NCBI GenBank assembly: GCA_010909165.1
Contig: VJWM01000116.1
Coordinates: 868,001 to 932,000, forward strand
DNA: 64,000 bases
Direction: 5' to 3'
Origin: Anthoceros angustus
Lineage: Eukaryota; Plantae; Anthocerotophyta
Shown here: positions 45,316-56,796 of the stretch, in pieces
How the letters are laid out: every line of letters starts with the position of its first letter
Numbering within the stretch: the first letter of the stretch is position 1
The notes under the pieces: model-generated
What the model was told of the DNA's origin: nothing
Seen by the model: the letters and a program-made list of their open reading frames with translations, nothing else
The model's database searches: none
Made by a program: the position numbers and the translations under genes

Positions 45316-47057
45316 ATGGCTGCAGCTCCAGCCGCTTGGGCTGTGGCGCTGCCCCGTCAAAGCCCGTCCTCACGGACCAATGTAGCAGCGTCCTCCGCTG
45401 TAGTTCCCCCATGTCGACGCTGGCTCAATGCCGGATATGGGAAGTCGCAAAAGGGGCCTTCCTGCGGCAGTGTCGGCCTTATCCAATCTGGGATCGGCAA
45501 CAACAGCAGCCAACGCAGCGGCAGCGGGAGGAGCAAGGCGGGAGCTCGGTGTGCTGTCAGGAATCCGGAAACGCTCGAGGAGGCTGTCTCGCAGGTACCA
45601 CCTCATCAGAGACCCACATTGCAAAAATTTGCAGGCGCTGATGGAAGGGCTTCACCATCTCGTCTGTTGTCGTCACAGTAGGCAACAGGTGCTGTGCAAA
45701 GGGCACTGGCTGATGGCAAGAAACGGCAGCAGCTCCAGCTCCTGCTTCCTGTCGACCAGCGCCAATTCAATTATCTGGATACCGAGCCACGGTAGGAGGA
45801 ATCGAGGTTGAATGCCTGCTCCGTATAGCAATGTGTTAACGAATGTGCTCACTGTTCGCGTCATGCGCGCTTTCAGGGACTACCCCTGTAGCATCAGAAA
45901 CGAGTTTATTGCCTGTAACAAAATGGTCACGGCTATCCTCAAGGAGCTGGCAGGCCTGCCGGCAGACCAGAATGTGGAGATTCTGTCCAGGGAGATTGGA
46001 GAAAATGAAAATGAACAGGACCCTGTGGGGCTGTTGTATCCCAGTGATAAAAGCATCTCTGCCGTCATCTTCCCCATTGCCGAGATCCTGAAGAAGGTAG
46101 GTAACTGTAGCAAGCGAGTTAGCATTTTGCAGAGTGAGTTGTGATTTTCTGTGTGGTTACCACGGCCGTGCTTGATCTCTGATTTTTGCAGATCAAGTCC
46201 CTGGCAAGCAGTGACGAGAATAGGCCTCTGCTTATCGTTAACCCTCAATGGCGTACATCCGGCCAAGTGGTCTCAGACTTTGGATTTGGTCCATGGCGCA
46301 GGTACCTAGACCTTCTCTTACTCATGTGTGGACTTAGTGTCATTCTCACCAACTCGATGCCTTCCTTTCCTTTGCCGGTTTAGTGGTCATACTCATTGTG
46401 CTGGCAGACAGGCGGAAGAGTTTGTGGACACCTTTGCGGTCACATATTCCCTGTTGGAACTTCGCATCGGGGAGGCCTCAAATGTCATATCAGGCGGCGG
46501 TGGTGTGGTTCGCCTTCTGAAGTGCTATCCCGACAACTGGAAGGTTTGTTCCCAAAGTGTTTGTACTCCAGCTCAAGAACGGAGTACAGGCGACTTTAAC
46601 AATTCCGCTCTCCCACTGGAATGCTAGGTTTTCCTCATGGCTTGGGATGGAACGAGTGAACTGATCGGAGAGATGGCAACGAGGCCTTCTTACAAGGAGC
46701 TTGAGCCACTTGTGGCAGAGGTGTGTGCTGCACTCTTGCTCCCTCGCATGCTTCTGCTCCTGGTTTGCATCACCTGCACTTTCACACCGTAAGCCGACGT
46801 TTGTGGTGTTTTTGATGGAGCTGTAGGCGAGGAAAAGAATACCGTGGCAAGCCCCGCCACGAATGCTCGGTGGCTCCGAGCCAGCTCCTCCACCACTCCC
46901 CAAGTCCTTGGCTGGCTTTCTGTCCGACGAGCAGATCGAAGAAATGGATGTTACTGCAGTGCGCCGTGCCCTTATGGCTCTGGACCTTCCCAGCTCAGGA
47001 AGGATCGCTGTCATCAAGGAAAGACTGAAAGAAGCCCAGAAGGGAGCGAGTCGGTAG
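45316..47057 (+). CDS. DUF1995-family plastid-type protein with C-terminal SAP-like motif, 8 exons
   Basis: Ala/Ser/Arg-rich transit-like N-terminus. PETLEEAVSQA..AVQRALADGKKR, RPLLIVNPQW, DFGFGPWRRQAEEFVDTFAVTYSL, VRLLKCYPDNWKVF and RPSYKELE are typical of DUF1995. C-terminus IEEMDVTAVRRALMALDLPSSGRIAVIKERLKE is SAP-like. Confidence 0.8.
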
Positions 47058-47268
47058 CCATTTCAGAGGAGAAGTGAAGGCTAATTGTCATCGTTGCTTG
47101 GTTTCCAAGATTTACAGTTTCCGAGTATCCTCATACTTACTATGCTCCTATTGGTGTGGTAAGGGTACATATATGTAGTAGCTGTGGTTGCCAGCAGACA
47201 GCGCAAGTGACTGCATTGGATCTCTGTTATGTCATGCAGTAGATTCTCGCCCTTACGCTCACCATCGC

Positions 47269-49677
47269 TCATGTGGTAGCAACCAAGGTTACGCTCCTTT
47301 CCGTTTGCACTTTGTACTTGTACCTGCTCGAGACCACCACGAAGGCAAGGAGGTTGATACAAGAAAGAACACCCAGCATCCAGTAGTAGTAGTCCAAATG
47401 TCCTGAATTGATGTCATTTGTGAGCCAGGGTTCCTTTCCATGGCCTCCTGCATCGTGACAGGCAGCGAAGGTGAGTTCCCTTATGTTTCATTCATGGCAG
47501 GAAGGAAACGATGTACCAGCTGACATCTGTAGAAAGAGAAGGTTGGTGAGATTGTTACCGGTGTACTTTTTCACGATGTTGATCAACAGCGTGGAAGCGA
47601 AGTTGCCTGCAGCCATAGCCAGGGCAAGAAGAGCGCCTCCCACGCCGCGCATGCCGTCGGGGGCCTGGTCGTAGAAGAATTCGATCTGCCCGATGCCGGA
47701 AAAGACCTCCGAGATGCCCAGCAAGGAGAACTGGAATGTGAGCCACAGGACACTGAAAGGCAGCGGGGCCTGAAGGCGCGTCAGCTCTGGATGACGGAGC
47801 GCAATCGCCCGCCGCTTGTGCTCGACAAAGCCTGAAGCCAGGAGGCACAGAATGAGGACGAAGTATCCGATGCCGATTCTCTGCAGCACTGTGGTGCCCC
47901 GCTGGCGCCCGGTCCATTTCCTCATCAGCGGGACGTAAATCCAGTCGTAGGCCGGGATGACGAGCATGACGACGATCATGGAGGTGGCCGGGGCTGAGCC
48001 GGTGGGGATGGTGAAATGCGGGCCCAGGTTCCTGTCCATGGTGCCCGCTTGCTGCACCGAGAAGCTTACGATCTGGACCAGCACCAGCGGCTGCAGGATG
48101 GATGTGAACCAGATGGGCACGAAGTTTAAGATTGCCTTCAGCTCCTCCACCTGCGTCACCGTGCACAGATGCCATGGCGACACCGGCACCCCTTCTGCTA
48201 CCAAATGCTTCTCCTCTTCCGTCTCCACAGCTGCCTTGTCCAGGAACCTGCCAGCAGTTTCACAACCGTGACTTTAGGAGGAGAAGAAATATATCCACCA
48301 CAAATCTTGCAGGCCTCGGCAACTGCAAACATTTGGTGGGTCGTGGCAGAATCTTGATCTCACCTGTACTCGCTTGTGTGCTGGAGCTTCCCGCTCCCGA
48401 GAATGGCAGACTCCCTGTCATAGACCTCGTGCAAAAGCGAATCTTCCAGAGGAAGCGGCAACGAGCGCTTGCGGAAAGCAGCAGAAATCACCTGCAAGCA
48501 GGCAGTAAAATATTGCTGCCTTGAGGATCTTAATCCTGGTGGTCGGAGGATTTGAAGGAACAATTCCGAAGCTGATAACGCACCTGAAACACTCTCGTGA
48601 GCGGGCTACCGCTGGGCATTTTGTGGCGGTAAGTCGGCGTTCCGATGAAGAAGATCATGCTGGAGATGAACATGGCGATGGCCAGCATCCCGATCCCCCA
48701 TCCCCAGTTGAGATTAGAGACGTAAACCACTATGGTGACTGCGAACAGAACACCGCCGGTGAAGAAGAAGTAGAACATGTTGAAGAAGGTGCTCATCTGC
48801 TTCTCCTCCTTGGGATCGTACACGTCGAACTGATCCGCCCCAAATGGGGCCACCAGCGGCCTCAGGCCCCCGGAGCCCAGAGCGATGACGTAGAGCGCCA
48901 GATAGAGGAAGCTCATCTGGGTCTTCCCGGGCGGAGGGCACACTCCCCTGATCACCTCCAAAATGTTGCATTGCACCGCGGGATGGAGAGACGGCACCAC
49001 GGCTTGGATTGTGAGCAGAATCAGGCCCTGCACAAGCAACCCACACCACAACATGTCACAAACGTGTGGTACACACACAGCCCTCCATGGACGGGAGCTT
49101 GCAAGCAGCCGCATTGAAAGGTTCAGTGCCACGTACCAGCATGTAGATCATGGTGGCGACACAGATAGTCCAGTATCGCCCCCAGTAGGCGTCGGCCATG
49201 AACCCCCCGAGGAGGGGGGTGATGTTGGAGGTGCCAGCCCAGTTGGAGAGGATAGTGGCGGACGATGTGAAAGATTGGTGCATCACGAACACCAAATACG
49301 TCACGAAGTTGGCTGCCAATCCAAAGTACACCATCTTCTCCGCCATCTCGTTCCCTGCCCATACCCGTCCATAGCTCCCGATCAACATTCCCACCCACCA
49401 TCACGATGTCGACACTACTGTTCTCTGGACCACAAATCACCCACAATCTCAACAAATGCTTGAAGATGGGCTGCATACCGAAGATGAAAGGCGCAGCCCG
49501 CCATCCCCCGGTTCTGGACTTGTCGATTATCGGGCGGCCCTTGAGGTCGACGGACTGAAACCCAATCTTCCACTTGTCCACTTCGAGGTCGACGTCTTGC
49601 GATACCGCCAAGGGCTTCCCGGGCGCCCCTCTCACGGTGGAAGGCGCCCGCGCCGCATCCTGGAACTGGGCGCTCAT
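47269..49677 (-). CDS. NPF: NRT1/PTR family (NPF) transporter, 6 exons
   Basis: Exons 49677-49479, 49354-49137, 49027-48584, 48491-48364, 48247-47559, 47447-47269. Motifs TGGWRAAPFI, NEMAEKM (ExxEK), GGFMADAYWGRY, FGADQFD, PSGSPLTR, CTVTQVEELK, LQRIGIG, EFFYDQAP and GHLDYYYW. Confidence 0.95.
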
Positions 49678-51149
49678 GTTGCTGAATGCCGAGGCCTGGC
49701 CTGCAGGCCTGCACTTCAAACATGCATCCACGGACAGGGAGCGCGTAAGGCTGGAGCCTGGAGCCTGCTCACCCCGGAACCGCAACGCGTACCTCACGCA
49801 TTGCATGCATTGCGCTGCCCAGGGGGCCGAGAACAGGATGCAAAAACAGAGGTCAACACGGTTCCTTTCTGTTGGCTGACCAGCCTGGACGCAGGCTCAC
49901 CTCAGTCACTTACGATCGCACGTGATTTTCCAGCTCTCCAACGTCCTGCCCTCCTGCTTGTACGCCCGCTCTCGATTTTGAACCTACCAGCACTTTCTCC
50001 TAGCGAGTAGCAGTGCAGGCTCCGCAAATACGGTTTTTGCCGCTGGAGGCCGGAACAGGAGCAGGCTGTGCCAGGAACCCACAACTCCAGAACTCCACGA
50101 CTCCAGAACGCCAGGAGTTACTATCGCAACTCCAGAACTGGGAGTCGGACGCTGGCAGGCCTGTCGTCCCTCTCTTTTTAAAAGCAGCCCAGGTTTTCCA
50201 GAAGCTCAGCCACCCGAGCTCCCTGATTCCAAGGTGCCTTCAGGCTTTGGCTGTTGCCTCGGAATCGAGTGGCGGGCGGATTGTCATCTTGCTCGCAAGA
50301 TTTGGGTTCCGGAAACTTCGAACCGCCGAACCGGACACACACTTCACACAGCTGGAGGAGAGAGCTTGTGTGCCGGCTGTGATGGAACATGTGGCACTCC
50401 CGGCGCGGCCGGCTGATTTCCTTATATTCTATGACAAAAACATGACGGGCTCTCAACAGTGAGTACCGTACACTGTGAGGCTCCAGCGGCCGCGCCTCGC
50501 CATGGCATCGATCGAGTGACGGGTTGTCCATGATTTTGTCGGAGTCATGAGGGCCTCACTCGTGTCACGGACACACAGCCCACGCCATTGCGGCGACCTC
50601 GGACGACGAGGCGGCTGCTCTTGGGGAAAAGGGATCTTCTGGAGGGCATGTGTTCCCGGGCCGAGGCCCCCGTTGTTTGTTTTGGGCAAACGTGGAGTTG
50701 TAGCACGAACCAAGGTTTTGAGGACACAGATCTTAGCTCCGTACTCCTCTCACAATGCGGGCCAGTGGCGGAGTGCATCAAGCTTTCCATCGTTTTACAA
50801 TGTCACCATGGCAGTCAGTTCGAGTGCATAAATGGTCCGCCATGCCGCAAAAGAAAATATTCCAACTGCCAGGTGTTGGTCAGGAAACGTCATCCTGTGC
50901 GGATGTCCCGAGAGCAGCTTCCATCATGGATCACGGAGGACACCTGAGTACCATTGGCTGCACCCAAGCAAGCTATGCGCAACTGCTTTTGTAACGCAAG
51001 TGTTGAAACTAGGTTCCTATGGGCTCTCAAAAGAGCGGGTATTGTCCTTTCTTTCGTGTGGGAATCGTTCTTTCTTTCGTGTGCAATAGGTGGGAATCGT
51101 TCTTTCTTTTGCGTGCAATAGCGGGAACAGTTTTACATTTTTACACCTC

Positions 51150-54100
51150 TCTTGCTATAAGATCATTTGAAATTATTTATTTGATAAATCATTTTATTTT
51201 ATTTTAATTAAAATAATAGAAAATGTGGTTCAAAGTAGCAAGACCCTTAAGGATGTCTATAAATCATGAGCATCTTTTATGGACTACAAAGTTGTACATC
51301 CACGAGTATCTCACACCACGTCAATAGAGTGTAATAAGAAGGAGAAGGTATCTACTTTTGAGGTTGTATTTAGTGGCTTTCTTCCGCAAAAGGATAACCT
51401 ATACTTCTAGCATGCATTTTAGTTCAGGAACCTCTTTCATAGATTCTCCAAGGTGTAAATTGAGCTGAGCACTACATGGCTAGTCACAGACTTAGTGTAG
51501 GTACTCGTTACACCCTATCATTAGTAGGGACAAGTAAGTCGATTCAAGTTTCTCGTTTCCTGAGTTTCAAATTGCCCTCACATGGAGCGACCTTCAGGGA
51601 AGAACTATGTGCTGTTAGAACGAGCTTTCTTATCAATAGGCCATATCACAAATATCAATTGAGTGAGACACGTTGGTCAAACAAAGACTTTAAAGTGGTA
51701 AGCTAAGTTTATGTGACATTAGAGGAACTTTGGATGTCAACAACACAAATAAGTGACTATATCACATCACTTATTTATTTTTGAAAAAAATAGGTATTCT
51801 GAGGAAAGACATTTGTCACATATATTTTTTTCATAATAAGGACCATAGTTGAAGAAAAGGCATTTCTAATGCACTAAAAATCAAGACCATCAGATTAGTA
51901 TCCACATCGTAATAGCTTCCATTTCTTGAGGGGTTTGTGAGTTTTTAAAAGCATTCTTTTGTGTATTGACAGGATATATTGGTCAAAAGCTTTGAATTAT
52001 ATTGTATAATATAAAGGAAAATTTCTTTCTTAAAAGGTAACTTAACATAAATTACTGTCATAAAAAAATTGTGCACTATGTTGAGGAACATGGGTTAAAA
52101 CACTCGATTTGAGTGGGTTACGCTTTGTGGGGTTTAGTGCAAGTGGACCAGGAGGCACATTGTGGAGATTTTGTGCAAAAGCTACCTTGCAGGAATTCAA
52201 TATGCTTACCACTTGTTGTAGTGTATTGTTTGTAATGCGTGCAGCTTTGAAGAGGCAAGTGGACAGAGTTTAAGTCCAACAAGTTAAGGAGGAAATGCAC
52301 AAACGCTTCAGCAGGTTGGAAGAAAAAGTCTTTGATTTGGCAAAGGAGGCTTATGCAAAGAATTTTCATTTATTTTCGACATTGAAGCTGTGAAGGAGGG
52401 CTACAAGTTTAAGTTTCCCGATTCAAAGGATATGGTGCAGGATCTGGTGGATTAATGCTAAGATGCGAAATGGTTAGATGGGGCAGCATTGTACTAGGCG
52501 TAAATTTGCGTTATAGTCTAATTGGTGCTAGACAATCTAGGTCAAATAAGGAAGTTATGCAATGACTTGTCTACAATAGTGATCCAGTAAACGACTTCCA
52601 AAATAAGACGTTGACTGCTAATGTCCTATCTAGTCCTTGATGGATTCTCGTTCGACTACATCTGGTAGTCCTGTGTTACAAACAATACACTACGTCGGCT
52701 ACATGGAAATCATCTTTTTTCCTTAAACATAAGTTCAAAACTTTTTTGAGAGTTCATATATACGCAAATCAAATTAGATGAAATTCCACACACACAAAGC
52801 TGCTGAAAAACAACCATAGACACAAAGCTATTGACAATACAACCTTTTCTAGAACCCTTCAATTTGGCTTATGTTCACATGTCAATAATTTATGTTAGAT
52901 GTGAGACATTAACAAAGCCCGGCAGTACGTACGATCCCGACCATAGGTAGGATCTTTCAGATACCCATCTTCAACATGGTAGTTGAAGGAGAATGTCAGA
53001 ATTATTGGAGTATACTATTCCAACTCAAAGTGCGTTCATATGTATACTGTTCGGGTGTAGATGAGATCACTCACTTTGTTTATTACATAATGATCACTCA
53101 TTTTTTGTAATTTATAAATTCTGATATTCAAAAAAATAAGTATTATAGGTGATATCTTCATATTATGGAGATAATTCCCCAAAACAAACTCCAATGCTCA
53201 CTTTTTTCACATTCCTCTTCATACACGGCTCAACTTTCCTGATGTGATCTCATTGAAATTTGAAGAACCTTTTTCTTTAAGTCTGGGTTGCCATATTTTT
53301 TTCAAAGGAAAAGTTGCTAATTGTCAATTTTTCAATGGCTTTATGTATTCTACAAGGAACTGCTGTAGCTTCATCTTCTTCTCTAGCTTTGCTTTGATCT
53401 GTAATTGCTTGTGTCACTATGAGTGCAATATAACGCAAAGTAAGATCTATTTTTTTATCTTTTATTTTACTTCTCTAGCTTTGTTTCGATCTGTAATTGC
53501 TTGTCACTGTGAGTGCAATATAATGTAAAGTAATATCTACTTTTTGTCTTTTATTTCAATAATAAAATATTTATAAGTAAGTTCTCAAGACTTTGGCGTC
53601 AAATCAACTAGGGCCCCATTTCCGGTTGGGTATCGATGTGCACTCGGATAGGCCTTCATTTCTGGGGTCGACTTTGTGTAGATGCACTAAGCTATGGGAC
53701 GAAAACAGGCTCAAAGTGCACTCTGATAGGCCTACATTTCTGGGGTCGACTATGTGTAGATGCACTAAGCTATGCGACGAAAATAGGCTCAAAGAGGACT
53801 GGATGTAAAACGTGAAAAGAAGTGAACCACCCATCAATGTGGAAAATTGATGCATATAATTTGAACTATTAGACCTTGACACGTAAAGAATCCAAATCAC
53901 AGTGGGCTCATCTTGTCACAACAAAGGTGACGGGAAACGGAGTGGAGAAAATGAAATTGGGGCTCAACATCCTCAGATAAATGTTGGAATTCTTCCATGG
54001 CACATAAATGTTGGAATTCTTCCATGGCACCAACACCTGAAGAGGCAAGATCACCCAACGTGCTTGGAATATCATGCAAGACAAAGGAAGACGTTCCACT

Positions 54101-54300
54101 TAAGCAGAAGCAGAATTCCTACATCGGACACAAAAATAAAGCCACGTGAAAACCAAAGGTAAGAGGAGTCCATAGATGGTATACGCGTGAACTACATAAT
54201 GGACAGCAAAAGCGTTAGGACTTATACTCCCACATGGCTCAACCGCTCAATCGATCTATGGGTCGAAACTGCACTCCAAAGGCTTACCCATCTACGATCT
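51150..54300. other. AT-rich intergenic block with small local duplications (~53380-53560, 53638-53793, 53977-54029), probably old transposon debris
   Basis: Low GC, no credible ORFs, and direct duplications of ~100, ~78 and ~28 bp. Confidence 0.5.
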
Positions 54301-54570
54301 CCAGAATACCGACAAACCTGTTGAACATGCAAGTATATTGTGGCTGAAACTCTATTCAAATTATTTACAGGGCCATACATCTACCTCGCTAAAGGCGAGC
54401 CGTGAGACTCGCTATGGGCGGGCTGTGAGACTCGCTATAGGCGAGCTGTGAGAACGTAGTATCTTCATCAAATTTTCCGGTAAGTTCTCGTTGGGAGAAC
54501 GAGCCAGCAAGAGAATAGAGTGAAAACCAGAGGGCAAATATTACCACAGAACAACCTGAAATCTTGCACC

Positions 54571-56118
54571 TCAACAACCAGCAACCCTCTCATAATCTGG
54601 TGGAAGGCTTGGACAATGCTCATTCATGTGCGAATAGAGATCCAAACTGTTGTAATATGGCAAGTCGAACCGATATTCGCCAAGCAGTTGGCAGTAAGGA
54701 AGCGGATGACCATCAAGTTCATGACACCAGCTGGGCAGGCGAGTCACGTTATCCTCATAGAATCTCAGCATGTACGCATCGCGGATGGTGAACTCCGTGA
54801 CCTGTACCTTGTCAGCAATGCTCCCAAACAGACCAGCCTCTTTATACATGGCCAGAATAAAAGCAACACAGGTGGTAGACTTGCCATCACTGTACACCCA
54901 ATCATCACTCTCCGGAATGGCAAGAAGCTCGCCAAATGGTATCCCCCGCTGCTCACTCTCCCATAGCAGAGATGGAAGGTCTAGCCCGTCTGTCCCAAGC
55001 CGCTTGTTAAGAGCCTCATTCCACATATTTGCAGCATATGCGGGCTGTATGCGCGTCCACATAGTGATCACCGATGCCACTAGGTTGGCATCCAACGGTG
55101 GAGGGTAGTTATCTGTCTCTGTGTCTATCCAGCTAAATATCATGTTATGGTAGCCATAGGGTTGGCCATCCATCCTCCGGACATACTCCCAGGCAGCAGT
55201 TGCGTTGAACTTGGCTCTCATGTCCGGATGCAGGGGAAGAAGAGCAACATGTGCATTAGCAGTGTCCTTGACCTGCAAATCCCACCATTCCTCCCAAGTG
55301 ATGACCGCAATAACCTCCTCTCCTGCTTCATTCTCATGCCCTGATTCCCCAACCCACAACTTCCCATTTTCGTCCCGAAGACAAACTGCTGTATGGCCTG
55401 CATAAGCCCCCGTTACCCATTTCTCCAACGTCTCAAACCCACCCCAGCGACCTCGCAACTTCGAAAGCGCCAAAAAGTCTCCCGAGTGAATGTCATCAGT
55501 GGAGAAATTCGCAGCCCAGGGCTGCGGTCGCTTCACAAACGTGGCCCCCATGTGCTTAGTCAGAAACGCAATATTTGCACTCTCTCCAAACCCAGAGTTA
55601 GAGAACAAGGGCAACACATCCCACAACGCAGCCAAGGTCCCAAACATCCCTGCCGGCATGAGGAAAACCGAAAACCCTCTCGCCTTCACGTAATCCAGCT
55701 CCCCTTCCTCCCAACTGTCGATGGTGAGAGTGTGCTGCTTGGCGGTGAAGTAGTAATCCCAAGTAACCCTGTACGGGGTGGCGAACACATACAAGTCCAA
55801 GCATGTCCAGCTGCGGGCATCCGCAGTCTTGAGATGCAAGACACCCCCGCTGTCTTTAAACTCCAGGTAGGCCTGGTTTTTCTGGAAGCAAGCCCCCTCC
55901 CATTCCACTGTATCCACCTCCGAGGAAACCGCGCCCACAAACTGCGGCAGCAGATTCACCGCGTTGTTCAGCGTGTTCAACACTGGCCATGCAATCCCGT
56001 GAGGCAGCGCAGGCAACACATCCCCCGGCCGGATAGGCACCTTCCAGGCCTCTATTCCGCCTGCAGCACATACGAGCCACAATAAAGCTACTCCGAAAAA
56101 CCCCATCGCCATGCCCAT
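54571..56118 (-). CDS. Conserved plant secreted protein (At1g70160/At4g27020/At5g54870-like), 515 aa, intronless, with permuted papain-like (NlpC/P60) motifs
   Basis: Clean single ORF with a signal peptide. Family motifs DLYVFATPYRVTWDYYF, DIHSGDFLALSK.RGRWGGFETLEKWVTGAYAGHTAVCL, G.PYGYHNMIFSWIDT, STTCVAFIL.MYKEAG and QVTEFTIRDAY. Confidence 0.9.
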   Translation of the reverse strand: MGMAMGFFGVALLWLVCAAGGIEAWKVPIRPGDVLPALPHGIAWPVLNTLNNAVNLLPQFVGAVSSEVDTVEWEGACFQKNQAYLEFKDSGGVLHLKTADARSWTCLDLYVFATPYRVTWDYYFTAKQHTLTIDSWEEGELDYVKARGFSVFLMPAGMFGTLAALWDVLPLFSNSGFGESANIAFLTKHMGATFVKRPQPWAANFSTDDIHSGDFLALSKLRGRWGGFETLEKWVTGAYAGHTAVCLRDENGKLWVGESGHENEAGEEVIAVITWEEWWDLQVKDTANAHVALLPLHPDMRAKFNATAAWEYVRRMDGQPYGYHNMIFSWIDTETDNYPPPLDANLVASVITMWTRIQPAYAANMWNEALNKRLGTDGLDLPSLLWESEQRGIPFGELLAIPESDDWVYSDGKSTTCVAFILAMYKEAGLFGSIADKVQVTEFTIRDAYMLRFYEDNVTRLPSWCHELDGHPLPYCQLLGEYRFDLPYYNSLDLYSHMNEHCPSLPPDYERVAGC

Positions 56119-56650
56119 CTCCGCTCAGGGCTCCCTTGTCATCAAATTTTGCGCTCCTCGCAAACTCCTCCCTGACAACCCAATACCCACAATAAAGCAG
56201 CTGATAAGATGCGTCCGTCACAGTGGCCCCGCCATATTCACTCCATGCTTCAGACAACAAAGCTACAACCCAAGCTCAAGCTCGCCAACACCAAACTGCT
56301 CAACGAGCACTACACTAGATACCGGAGCAACAACGCGGACAGCTCCCTGGCCACGGATGCTCCGGATCTGCTACAAGATGCCGACCGTCTTCTTTTCTTT
56401 TGTTCTTCTGTGGAGGACACGATGCCCACCTTCTTCGTTATTTCTTTCCCTTTTCTTAAGGAGAAAAGATGACGACCTCTCGGCGATGCACACGCAAGCA
56501 TACATAACACAAAATATAGGGCTTTATATACCGCGATATAGGGCTTCGATTCATTACCTATGTACAGCAGATTCAAGGTAGGGGTAGTGTAGGGCTAGGG
56601 TAGATTACACGCGACGTTGCGTGTAGTGTTGGCAAGGAAGGTTCAGTTGC

Positions 56651-56796
56651 GTGCCTTACACGTGAAGGCTGCTCACCCTTCAAGGCGGCTTTCTGGTGGT
56701 TGCTGCTGCCTCGCCACAGGTTTCTGCAGAGTGCCTTACACGTGAAGGCTGCTCACCCTTCAAGGCGGCTTTCTGGTGGTTGCTGCTGCCTCGCCA
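56651..56796. repeat. 66-bp direct duplication (80-bp period) just upstream of ATG 56796
   Basis: GTGCCTTACACGTG...CCTCGCCA occurs at 56651 and 56731. Each copy contains a CACGTG G-box. Confidence 0.9.

Noticed and set aside
55393-56581. + strand ORFs overlapping the 515-aa gene
   Set aside because: Antisense shadows of a conserved CDS and its 5' region.
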